Both the position numbers and the translations under genes were made by a program. Shown here in pieces: positions 12,083 to 22,686 of a DNA stretch of 64,000 nt. The stretch is from Histomonas meleagridis 2922-C6/04-290x (Eukaryota; Protista; Parabasalia). Under the pieces are notes generated by a model. It was given only the letters and a program-made list of their open reading frames with translations, was not told where the DNA came from and ran no database searches. The stretch is from contig JAANOX010000273.1 in the NCBI GenBank assembly GCA_020184695.1, forward strand, positions 62,001-126,000. The letters are read 5' to 3'. Position 1 is the stretch's first letter. Every line of letters begins with the position of its first letter.

Positions 12083-12861
12083 TACCAATGGCCATATCGT
12101 TACGACCCAATTTAACCAGGAATTCCTTATTATATTCAAATTAACAATTACAAATATCAATTCGAACGTTATGGGTTGAAAAAATATATAAGAACATTTC
12201 ACAGATTTATTCATGGCACAACAGGAGTGTACAGAATCATTGTCCTTGCTATGCAATTATCAATTTTGCTCCTGATTTAATACAATTTTATTATCAAATC
12301 AAAGGTGCACATTCATGTGCTCAATATAACACAATTAAAATTTAATTTTTACGGAAGAACAAGTTCAAGCAAAAATTGTTAGGTGCTATAATAAAAACAA
12401 GTATCAAATAGCACCAACTATTATTTTCTATAGTATTTTTCAGTGGATCGAAACTAAAACCCCCCCAGGCCAACGAAAAAATATAATAGATTACAAAAAT
12501 GTTCAAAATTTAGTATATGAACTTAATCGTCAATATCGAGAAATACCAGATTATCGGAAGACGATAGATGGGCATAGGTCATTATTTTTGATAATTACAA
12601 TTGAAAATAATCATACATTTTCGAGTTTTGTATCAGATTATATGTTGCAAAAAGTACCTGAATCAAGTATTGCTGGAATCGATGGTACATTCAAAGTTCC
12701 TCCATAAAACTTTTATTGATTGCTTCAGTAAAATAACAATATTCTATGTTATATGAAATTGAACTTTCAAGTGAAGGTCCTATTTTTTTATTCCGTTTTT
12801 AAATTTATTCCACAAACCCCACTTAATTAAATATTATGGAAAATATTTTTCATTTTCATCA

Positions 12862-14487
12862 ATGTATTATAATAATACGCAATTCAAAAATGAAGATCAT
12901 AATCAAGGTAATATTGGGATCTATTTTGATCGTCTTAAAGATTTAATTGCTAAAAATGATGGTACTCGTTCTTTTATTTTAAGAACTGAAGATTGTCATG
13001 ATCAAAATGCACCATTTAATCAATCTCAAGAAACTAGATTAAGAATTACACATGGTGATCATATGGTTTCACAAATAACTGAAGGTTTTATTAATTTTAA
13101 ACTTAGAATAACTGTACAATTATCAAAAGCTATTTCATCTGGTAATTTGTCAGATCCTGAGAATTTAGTTAAAATATTTATAGGTTTTAAGAGTTCTAAT
13201 CAATTATTAGATCAATGACAAATTATGTCTAATAATATATCTACTGGTTATCAACAAAATGAATGTTGTCGTGAAGGTTATTGTTATTCTACAATTAAAC
13301 CCTATGCTGAAAAGAAAACTAGAAAATATACACATATTTTATATGAAAATGTTTCAGAATATTCTCAATCTGTTTTTGGTACTTATGTTGATTTAAATAC
13401 AATTGCAGATGGAAATAAACATGATATCGAATTTGAAATGAATCTTCCATTTGAAGATATATTAGCTTTACAAGCATTTGATTTATATCCAAATAGATTA
13501 GTTGGTGATATTGAATTAAAGTTTTATGTTAAACAAAATGGTTTAATTTGGTGTCAAGTAGATCCACGTAAAATTAAAGAAGTTAAAGAATTTTTAGAAG
13601 ATTCTACTATTAATGCTACATTTAATAATTTACCTTTATTTACTCATGGTTTTACTCAAATAGGTAATTCTGCTAATATAACTACTACATTTAAATGTGA
13701 TACTGAAACTAATCATACTATTGATACTGCATCTGAGAATGTTTCTCTATATTGTACAGGTTTAACTGTACTTTCATGTAAATCTAATATGTTTGGATTT
13801 GGAGTTAAAGAAGAAACTTTAAATCAAATAGCTCAAATACTTCAACAACCTGGAGGTTTATTAATTCCTTCACAACAATTAGATTATAATGCATTTGCTT
13901 TAGCTGCTACAGAATCTGGTATACAATCTACTATTAATATGCCTTTATTTGATGTCACAACTATTACAGTTGTATTTCCAAAAAATGCTAATGATTATAC
14001 TTGTTTCGATAATCCTATTTATAATAATGTACAATTAACTATTGCAGGTCAAAATTATCCTGATGAACCTATTTCTACTTTAGGTGCTAGATTTTTACAA
14101 TATCAATTAGTTGCTTCTGATTTAGATGGTGGTATACAATGTACTAAAGAATTCGAAGATTCTTTAACTATGGATAGGAATGCTTCAAATGGTACAAGAT
14201 ATAATAATACATTAAGTGATGCTACTTCTTTTATGCTTAATATACAATGTGAACGTTCGCGTGGTGGTTACGTATTTGATGGTTTAGATTCTAATGGACA
14301 AAATATACCAATACAAATTAGGGGACAGCCTATTTATACACTAGCTAACGATACATATTATAATGTAGATGATGCTGGAAATCATCCGCCTCCACCACAA
14401 TAATTTATATGTCGTGATACTTATTTCACATTAGATTTACACAACGGTTTGAAATATCATTCTAATGGTACCCCTGATGGTTATTAA
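12862..14487 (+). pseudogene. Double-jelly-roll major capsid protein (~540 codons, two in-frame stops)
   Basis: ORFs 12862..13218 and 13225..14403 plus a tail to 14487 share one frame. Beta-rich, with capsid-like motifs EMNLPFEDIL...YPNRLVGDIELKFYV, INMPLFDVTTITVVF and NVQLTIAGQNYP. Confidence 0.7.
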
Positions 14488-14631
14488 ATAAAAATTAATT
14501 ATATATAAAATAATCATCATATGATCATATACTAAATAAACTTGAAATGATTTAAAAACATCATAATAGTCTTAGATAAATCATTATATTTTTATAGTTT
14601 ATATTGGGGTACACTAAATTCATCTGAACAA

Positions 14632-14856
14632 ATGGAAAGAGAGTATCTTGTCACAAGCATCCTCGACCACTACTTCCGCATGGAAGGAACAAACGAAGTC
14701 CTTTACTTCGTATTGTTATGGGAGGATGGCTCAATAACAGCGGAACCAGCAAATTGCTTAACAAATTGCGATGATCTTTTAGGCGATTACATATAGAAGC
14801 TGGTAAGCCAACGCAAATTCGATCAAGTACGAGGAATCCTACAATTCATTCAATAA
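14632..14856 (+). pseudogene. Stand-alone chromodomain protein (TAG at 14794)
   Basis: MEREYLVTSILDHYF...LYFVLLWEDGSITAEPANCLTNCDDLLGDY matches EYxVExILDH...YLVKW...TWEPxxNLxNC; too short for the ORF track. Confidence 0.7.
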
Positions 14857-15513
14857 ACAACCTCAAACAACATTTTTTTTCATTGTTGTGTCTAAAAAAT
14901 GGATTTAATCTATGCATCTTCATTTTCATCCGGAAGATACCGATCAATAAACTAAACAATCATATAGTACTCCTTAGTAAACTCTCCAATTTCACACCCC
15001 ACTCGTACTCTAGACAACATTTGAATAGTGATGTGATGTAAACCATTCAATTTATTTCAATGGTTTATGAAAAAAGTAATGTTTGATTAATACGATAGAT
15101 GAACGTTAAAGGCAAAAAATGCCAAATTGACTTTAAGATTCAAAGTTACGATCATAGTTCTTGTCAAAATATACGATCATTAAATTGAATAGCGATAATG
15201 TTGTTTTCTGAGAGTTTTGATCTCAATGACTTTTTGAACTGAATAAAGTATGTATTATCAAATATTTTTTGTATAAATGATTTACTGATCGTTTCCCATG
15301 ATCTCAAAAATCTATTTATATCTTAAGTTAGGACATAACTGTAAAAATTGAATCTATCGTTAATTCAGAAGTGAAAAAATACGTTCAAAATCAATTCAAT
15401 TTTTTATCATTGATCCCCTGTCCATAAAAATCACATAACAAATCATTGTTCATTTATTCATTCAAATGTGTCACTTTTCGAACGATAGAAAATATTAACG
15501 ACATTATTTTTAT

Positions 15514-15906
15514 TTATAGAACATTTTGAGCTTGATCATTTTGATTTTGAGGCATTATTGAGTTTGCATAATTTTGTAAAACATTTAATTTATTTACATA
15601 AGCATTATAATTGTTAAAATCATTATTAAATATTTGATTTAATAATTCCATTTTAGATATTTGATAAGCTTGATCTGATTGTTCAGGTGTTATATATTGT
15701 AAAGGATTTTTAATGATGAGATGATATTTTTCATCTATAAATTTATAAATTTGTTTTCTTAATAAATTATGATATTTATTATATACAGTTACAGTTAATG
15801 TTATTACATTTTTATTTTTAACAATAGAAAACGAAGGTTTAATATTTATAGCAGTAAAATCACAATCTTTAAATTCTTGTGCAAAGCATGTATAAAGAGA
15901 TTCCAT
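15514..15906 (-). CDS. Hypothetical viral protein, 130 aa
   Basis: Intact ATG ORF inside the viral cluster. Confidence 0.55.
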   Translation of the reverse strand: MESLYTCFAQEFKDCDFTAINIKPSFSIVKNKNVITLTVTVYNKYHNLLRKQIYKFIDEKYHLIIKNPLQYITPEQSDQAYQISKMELLNQIFNNDFNNYNAYVNKLNVLQNYANSIMPQNQNDQAQNVL

Positions 15907-15945
15907 TAATAATAATGAAATGATTTTATAAAATTATTTTATTTT

Positions 15946-16748
15946 ATGGAAAACGATATTAATATTGATGTCATAGATAATATGATTGATTATTGTTTAT
16001 ATAAAAATAAATTTAAATTAAATGAAGAATTAATAAGTGAAATTCATCCAGAAGTAAATTTACCTTATAATTCTTTAAATATAGCAGTAGGTAGACAAAG
16101 AAGTGGGAAAACTCAATGTATAATTAGAGAAATTATTAAAATTAGTAATATTAGTCCTAGAACTCATTAATTTTAATTTATATTAATAAAAATGGATTAG
16201 AAAATGATCCTACATTTGAATCATTAAAACCTTTAATAAAGATTCCAATATTATATGTAGCTGAAAATCAAGCAGAAGATATAGTTAAAGATATATTAAA
16301 ATGGAAACAATTTTATAATGAAATTAAAAATAATCATTGGGAAAATAAAATAGTAGATAATCAAATATCTGAATTATTTGAAAAATTATATAATAATAAT
16401 TTTAATAATTTAACTTTACATACTATAATATTTTTTGAAGATTGTGCTAATAGTCCTTCATTTAAAAAACCTACTAGTTATTTTAATCAATTATTTACTA
16501 AATTAGCTCATATTCAATGTTCTGTATTTTTCGCTGTACAATTTTGGAAATCTTTACCTGCTGAAGTTAAAGCTAATGTAAGTACTATATTTATATTTCC
16601 TAATTTCTCTAAACAACAATTAAGTTATATGTTAGCTCAAATACCATTGTCTTATACTAAAGATCAAATTTATTCAGTTTATCAAAAATTAACTGGTCAT
16701 CAAAAAATGATTATTGACGTTAATAAACAAAAAATAAAAATTGAATAA
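15946..16748 (+). pseudogene. A32/FtsK-HerA-type genome packaging ATPase (1-nt frameshift near 16168)
   Basis: Walker A AVGRQRSGKT; after the shift, Walker B TIIFFEDCAN and LAHIQCSVFFAVQFWKSLP.EVKANV, the motif pattern of A32 ATPases. Confidence 0.85.
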
Positions 16749-16844
16749 AAAATGATAAATTAAAATTCATTTTTTTTTAATATCATATAAAGAAAGTGGT
16801 ATAGATAATGAAATAGCTACTTATCTCAATGTTCTGGGGTCGAT

Positions 16845-17222
16845 ATGAATGCTGCTATTGATAAATTAAAACAATGGCGAATTAAACAAAACATTAAAAC
16901 TATGAATGACCTCAATAGACAAATAAACATATGGCGTAATCAAAAATCATCTGGTATAGATGAGAATACTTTATGGGACGATATATTGTCATATTTACAA
17001 AATATTGGACATCCATTCTTTTATGAATTATCATTATTTCATCCAGAGGTAGAAAAGGAGGACGCTATAGAAGAACAAACAGAAAATGAAGAAGATCATT
17101 TTTCATCAATGCAACCAACAGTAACTATCGAGGACATTAACCCAATTTTGTCTAACGAAATTCCACCATTGGGATATGAAAAAGTGGTTGGAAAATATCA
17201 AAAAAGAAGTAACAAATACTAA
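16845..17222 (+). CDS. Hypothetical viral protein, 125 aa
   Basis: ATG ORF co-oriented and tightly packed in the viral cluster. Confidence 0.55.
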   Translation: MNAAIDKLKQWRIKQNIKTMNDLNRQINIWRNQKSSGIDENTLWDDILSYLQNIGHPFFYELSLFHPEVEKEDAIEEQTENEEDHFSSMQPTVTIEDINPILSNEIPPLGYEKVVGKYQKRSNKY

Positions 17223-18255
17223 AAATTCACCACCACCAATAAGACCTCATAAATATCAAATTAGAACTCCTGATGGTAAAATGTATGATTTTATAGAAGA
17301 TAAATCAAAATATAAATATACTGGAGGAAGTAATGTTATATTGGATGAAAATATGGATACATTAGCACATCTTATTCTTGATTTAAAGAAAGATGTTAAA
17401 AAAATTAGAGAGCTTCAAACAATAGAAGGAGCAAGAGCATTAGTTGAAAAACATAATAAAGATAAAAAGGATCCAAGATATCATTGGACTGCAATTGAAG
17501 AAGATATAAATAAGGATGGTATTCCAGATGTTATAGTTGCAGATCAACATAAAAGAGCAAAATTTGTAAATGGATGGACAGTTAAACAACATGACCCCTA
17601 TGAAAGACAATATATATAATTTTTACAACAAAGATATGGTAGTCCACAAAATAGAAAACTTTTGAGAGCAAAAGGTCGACATATAGAGGATTTCGATGAA
17701 TTTATGGATACATATATAAGAAAAGTTTCATATGATGATAATAAGCCATTTGATGATCCTAGGGCAGAACCTACCCCAGAAGGTAGACAAATTATGGATA
17801 CTGTTGATAAATTTAATTTAAAGTATTATCAAGATACAGGTGTTAGAGATGTTTATAAAACACACAAGCCAAGAAGGAGAACAGCAAATCAAGTGTTTAC
17901 TAGTTATGTTATTAAGCCAATTTATAATGATTATCTTAAAGATTATCAAAAGAATAATGCTAATGATGAACAACTTCCTGGAAAGTTAGCTCTGATTAAA
18001 GGAATGTTTCCAATACTTATTGTATCTGCTAAATTTTATAATGACATTATAAAAACAAGAATGAATAAGATATTGGCAGGTCAAAATATTAAAGATGAGA
18101 AAACAGCTAAGGAATATATTAGAGAAGATACAGGAGAAAATTATTTAACAAGCGCTTCAAAGCAAGCAGTTTCTGAAATTTTACAAGATAAGAATAAATA
18201 TGAAGCTGTTAAAACAGCATTATATACATATATTGACAGTAATCGTGGTTTCTAA
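17176..18255 (+). pseudogene. Hypothetical viral protein (~359 codons, TAA at 17617) with a DxNxDG motif
   Basis: The two listed ORFs share a frame and are separated by one stop; contains EEDINKDGIPDV. Confidence 0.6.
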
Positions 18256-18286
18256 ATAAAAAAAAATTTAAAAATCATTATTTTTT

Positions 18287-18808
18287 ATGATTAAAATAAG
18301 TGATTTCCCACCTTATGTAGGGAAGAATAATACTAAACATAATAGTTCTAGTGCTAATTGTAAAGTTATTATAAATAATAACAATAGTGAAACACCAGCA
18401 CATTATCCTGAAGTTAATGAAGAAACACCAAAAATAATTACAAGGAAAACTGAACTTAATACTGATAATGCAAGTGTTTTATATAAACATATAGCTTCAA
18501 CATTTAGTGCGATATTAAAGACGAATAATGTGAAATTAATAGCAAATTTAATTGATAATAGTGGAAAAATTATTATTAATGCTAATGATTTAGTACAAGC
18601 TATAAGTTTAATTTTAGAAATTGATTTTAATCAAGTTAGATTAAGTTATGAAGATCCTGAACCTGGTTGTTTAAAACATGTAAATCCAATTAAAAAAGTT
18701 CATTCAATTAAGATTAATATATATGATTTTAATTCTCAATATAATAAAGAATATAACACATTAATAAATGAATTTAATATATCATTAGAAAAAGTATTTA
18801 TTTATTAA
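18287..18808 (+). CDS. Hypothetical viral protein, 173 aa
   Basis: Intact ATG ORF preceded by TCATTA; its 3' end overlaps the convergent integrase stop. Confidence 0.6.
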   Translation: MIKISDFPPYVGKNNTKHNSSSANCKVIINNNNSETPAHYPEVNEETPKIITRKTELNTDNASVLYKHIASTFSAILKTNNVKLIANLIDNSGKIIINANDLVQAISLILEIDFNQVRLSYEDPEPGCLKHVNPIKKVHSIKINIYDFNSQYNKEYNTLINEFNISLEKVFIY

Positions 18809-20139
18809 GATTAATGAGATTAGGCACAGGATTTAATAAATATCTTGGTACTGACATTTTTATTCCTTTTTCATTATAAATATTATATTTACCTTTTTCG
18901 AAATTATCTACTATAAAAATATCTGATAATATTTTTGATCTCTTATTTAGTTGATCTGTATTATAAACTGATACTGTTGTACCAGGAGGTAAATAAAATC
19001 CTTCTTGATTTATAATTTTATCATTTAATTTATGTAACTCTAAACCAAAAGATTTTCTTTGATTAAAAGCTTCTAATGGTGAAATTATTTTGTGATTTAA
19101 TTGACTTAATGTTTTATGTTATGAATTATTATAATTACCAACAATTTTCTTCATATGATATAGGTCTATTTCTTTTAAACCCATATTATCAGCCATATCT
19201 CTAATAGTTCTGCAAATTCTATTTATTATAGCTAAAGAAGTATGAATAGGATAAGATTTATCTTCTAAAATTATTCTTTTTACTGGAATTATTTTTACAC
19301 CAGATAAATGTGCTATTATATATTGTGAAGGTTCTGATAAAAATGTTTTTTTCGGAATCACAATGTATAATTTTAGGATTAAATCCTATATTATATAAAA
19401 TAAATAAAGTATTAGCTATAGATTCTATTGATTTCTTTGTAGTTATTTTATCATTTATTTTTGTATTAGTATAGGAATAAAATAAAAATCTAGACCTAAC
19501 TTCAACTGCTAATAAATAACAATATTTTGTCTCTGTTTTAGTGATTCCATCATAATCAGAAAAAAATAAATCCATTTGATATTCACCATTATACGTTCCC
19601 AATTTTATTATCAATTATTTCGATATCACATTAATATTCTTTTGATTCTTTACAATATTCATTAAATTTGATAGGCTTTTTTTCAGCTTCAAAAACTTCG
19701 TGTGCAAAATCTCATTCAATTTTTTGATAGTCTTTTCAATATTATAATATGCATAATGCTCTGGGATTGTTTTTCCTCCAATTTTTCTATTGATAGGTGT
19801 AATTTTTTCATTTTCGATAAAAATTTTAATAAAATTATATTCAAATTGTTCATAATTGTTAAAATGTTTATTTTTATATTGTTTATCTGTTATTCTTTCT
19901 AAGTTGTCATCTATAAAATAATTAACTAAATTGTTGTATGTTTCGACTAATGGCTTTGTACCAGTATTAAATTCAGGTGTAAATTTAATCTCCCTATTAT
20001 ATTTTTCATTCAAAAGATTAATAAAATATTGAAGACTCAAATTACCTTTTAATTGTGAATTTTGATTATTTAATTCATTTTTAACTATTGTTTCGAATGC
20101 ATCTTGCATTTCTCTCTTTCTTTTATAAATTGGATACAT
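18798..20139 (-). pseudogene. Retroviral-type (rve) integrase of the viral element
   Basis: GEYQMDL, YLLAVEVRSRF, IIHCDSE, NRICRTIRD, YNNS*HKTL and an SH3-like tail (PGTTVSV...VPRYLL); two stops and one frameshift. Confidence 0.8.
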
Positions 20140-20161
20140 ATATAAAATAAATATATTTTTT

Positions 20162-21875
20162 TTATTCTTTAAATACACTTAATAAATGTTCATCTATTAT
20201 ACCTGTTACTTTACCAACTATTGAATTGAATATTTTAGTAGATATTACTAAATCATCTGATAATTTATTACCATCAAATAATACTACATCACCAATTTCA
20301 TAATCTGTAGTATTATTTACTCTAAAATAAAAATCTCAATGTGAAGCGAAATCAATAGTATTCTGTAAAATTTCTACTTCTCTTTTAATAACATTACCTA
20401 TTGAAGCTTTATATCCAGTTTCATGTTTAGCTACACAAATACCTATATATTCTTTATAAGTACCTGTAGTTTTAACTGATGGTATACAATCAGTTGATGA
20501 AGTATTTGTGTCATATTTACCTTCATTGGTTAAAGCATAAACATTACCTGTTAAAAATACTGGTGAACCAATTTGAAATTGTGTTAAATCTTCTGAAACA
20601 GGAGCATTATGGATAATAGTCGTATTTAATTGTTCAATATATCCATCACCTTCGATTGTACTAAATGTAGTTTGAATGAAATATGTTGAACCACTTATAT
20701 CATCAAAAGTATTATCACTTAGTTTTTTCTGTGTTATTGCCTCAAAACATAATCTTCCATATTTTGGATCACTAGAAGGAAAATTTGGATAAATTCTTCA
20801 TAATAAATTATACGTATTTCCTGATTCTTCTATTATACTTTGAAAAGTGTTGTAACAAGTTATCTCTGTGACATTTAAACTATTACAATCGAATACACCT
20901 TTTTTTTGAATAAAACTGAAACCATATACTCCTTGATTTGGTTTTATCACTAAATTATCATCAGAAGCTTGTATTCTCCAATTATAATCAGCATCATACC
21001 CATTTTTATCATGCATATCTATATAAGGACCTGTTTCTAAAACACCATCATTTTTAATAACTACAATTGAGGGTACACTAATATCTAAATTTGAATATGA
21101 AGGAGATGAATTTAAAGCAAAACCATTAATTGAAGTACATGTTAAATCACTAAAATTATGTGTATGATTTAGTAGTGCATATTCTGCATGTGTATGAATT
21201 TCAGGTGGGAATGATGTTGGTTTATTCTGGATATCACTATAATTTGGTTTGTTAATACATAAATTTTCTACAGGTCTCTATGAAAAAAACTTTTATTTCA
21301 GGAGGATGAGTATCATCTTCTCCTTGAGGAATACTAAATATTATTTTATTTTCTTCTTGTGAAATAGCTGCTAGTTGCCATTTATCATTAGATATAGTAA
21401 TCTTTTTAAAATTAACATAATCAAAAGTATGTATATGCTCTGATGGCGGAAATGTTTCAGGTTTATCATAATCTGCATTATTATGCATATCAATATATTG
21501 ACCAACTTCTACAACACCATCATCTTTTAATGTAATAATAGATGGTACATATAATTTTGTATCCCATTTACCACCTTCTGCAGTTGATAATTGAAAACCA
21601 TTTAATGAAGTAACTTGTACATTTCCATTTACTGTTAAATCATTATTTATTGTACTATGTGTATGACTTTTTGTAGAATATTTTTCATCTGATTGTGATT
21701 TATTATAATATAATTGAGGTAATGTAATCGAAGTTATAGTATTAAGTTTTTCTGTTATTTGATCATTTGTAGAATAATTTTCTAAAACTTTTTGTAAGTC
21801 ATCTTGGTCAATAATTTCAGGAGCAGCAACAACATTAGTTTTTATACCTTTCACAACATTCTCAATACTAAACAT
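20162..21875 (-). pseudogene. Fibre / receptor-binding protein with phage tail-fibre-like modules
   Basis: KPETFPPSEHIHT, IQNKPTSFPPEIHTH and two DGVxExGxYIDMH modules; one frameshift near 21255 and two TGA stops. Confidence 0.7.
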
Positions 21876-21895
21876 TGATAAAAAATGATTTTTAT

Positions 21896-22237
21896 TTAAT
21901 AAATTAATAATAATTCTAACATAAAATATTCTGGTTCAATTTCTTTACCATTCATTTCTTTAAACCATATTTTAAAATTTGGTTTTCTACTTTTATATTC
22001 ATATTTCTTATATTTAGTCCTGTTTTCATTCGTATAAATACAAAAATAATTATCATAATGGTCACGTTCAATAAAATCAGCATGCATTGAAACATCAGAA
22101 ACTAAATATTCCTTAAATTTACACTTGCATTGTTGTACTACTATATATCTAGAATTTTGAGAATCCACAAATTCGAGAGGAAAACGGTTTTCTTTTTGTG
22201 AAGTACAAAAATATGTTTTAGTCGCAGGTTTAAGCAT
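21896..22237 (-). CDS. Small beta-rich protein, candidate single-jelly-roll minor capsid (penton)
   Basis: 113 aa of alternating beta pattern ending FKIWFKEMNGKEIEPEYFMLELLLIY, like penton C-termini; adjacent to the fibre gene. Confidence 0.5.
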   Translation of the reverse strand: MLKPATKTYFCTSQKENRFPLEFVDSQNSRYIVVQQCKCKFKEYLVSDVSMHADFIERDHYDNYFCIYTNENRTKYKKYEYKSRKPNFKIWFKEMNGKEIEPEYFMLELLLIY

Positions 22238-22539
22238 TTATAAAAATAAAGTTTGCCAAAAGATCAAACAATAACCGTCGCTTTTTGACTACTAACCTCC
22301 TACCAAACAAGATATTTGTCCGGCCAAAGATGAATTGAATAAAATAAATGACCGACCAAACATAACCGAACACAATTCGTGTTGGTTATGCGAGTTTTTT
22401 GATAGGTTTACGTGAAAAGTGGCGCTAAAAGTGCTATCGTACCTATCAAAAAGTTTCGCGTTCTCTCAAAATTGAATGTGCATTCAAATTTTCAGACAAA
22501 TTGTATGGCTCACAAAAATCATTTTGATATTTTGATTTT

Positions 22540-22686
22540 TGTAGCGAGCGGAGCGAGCACACTCGGGGGATCTGAGGCCTCCGGAGGTGTCAGACCTGGG
22601 GTCCCCCCAATGAAAATTTTAGGTCGGAACGAATCCCAGGGACCCTAGGGGCCCCGCCCCCGGCCAGGTATACCTACCAGTTTACT
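22540..22686. repeat. GC-rich palindromic terminus, candidate right end of the viral element
   Basis: Palindromes CCTCCGGAGG and AGGTATACCT, the near-inverted pair CCTGGGGTCCC / GGGACCCTAGG, then an abrupt return to AT-rich DNA after CAGTTTACT. Confidence 0.55.

Larger units (their letters stand above)
9499..12710 (+). mobile_element. MULE (Mutator-like) transposase remnant, split by the mariner insertion
   Basis: ATG TTG TA (9499-9506) rejoins C CAA TGG at 12085 to give MLYQWPYRY. Downstream are a FLYWCH-like C/H motif (HCPCYAII...GAHSC) and AGIDGTFKVPP, the MULE first-D motif. Confidence 0.6.
12850..22686. mobile_element. Endogenous Polinton-like DNA virus, decayed; left end not identified
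   Basis: Dense cluster of intronless genes for capsid, packaging ATPase, rve integrase, fibre and penton, ending in a GC-rich hairpin terminus. Confidence 0.85.

Noticed and set aside
12862-21875. Alternative genetic code or stop readthrough in the viral genes
   Set aside because: All three stop types occur, at positions implying different residues and alongside frameshifts, while host genes end normally in TAA/TGA. Decay or error is simpler.
22412-22648. 78-aa ORF at the viral terminus
   Set aside because: GTG start with no motifs; explained by locally high GC in the hairpin region.
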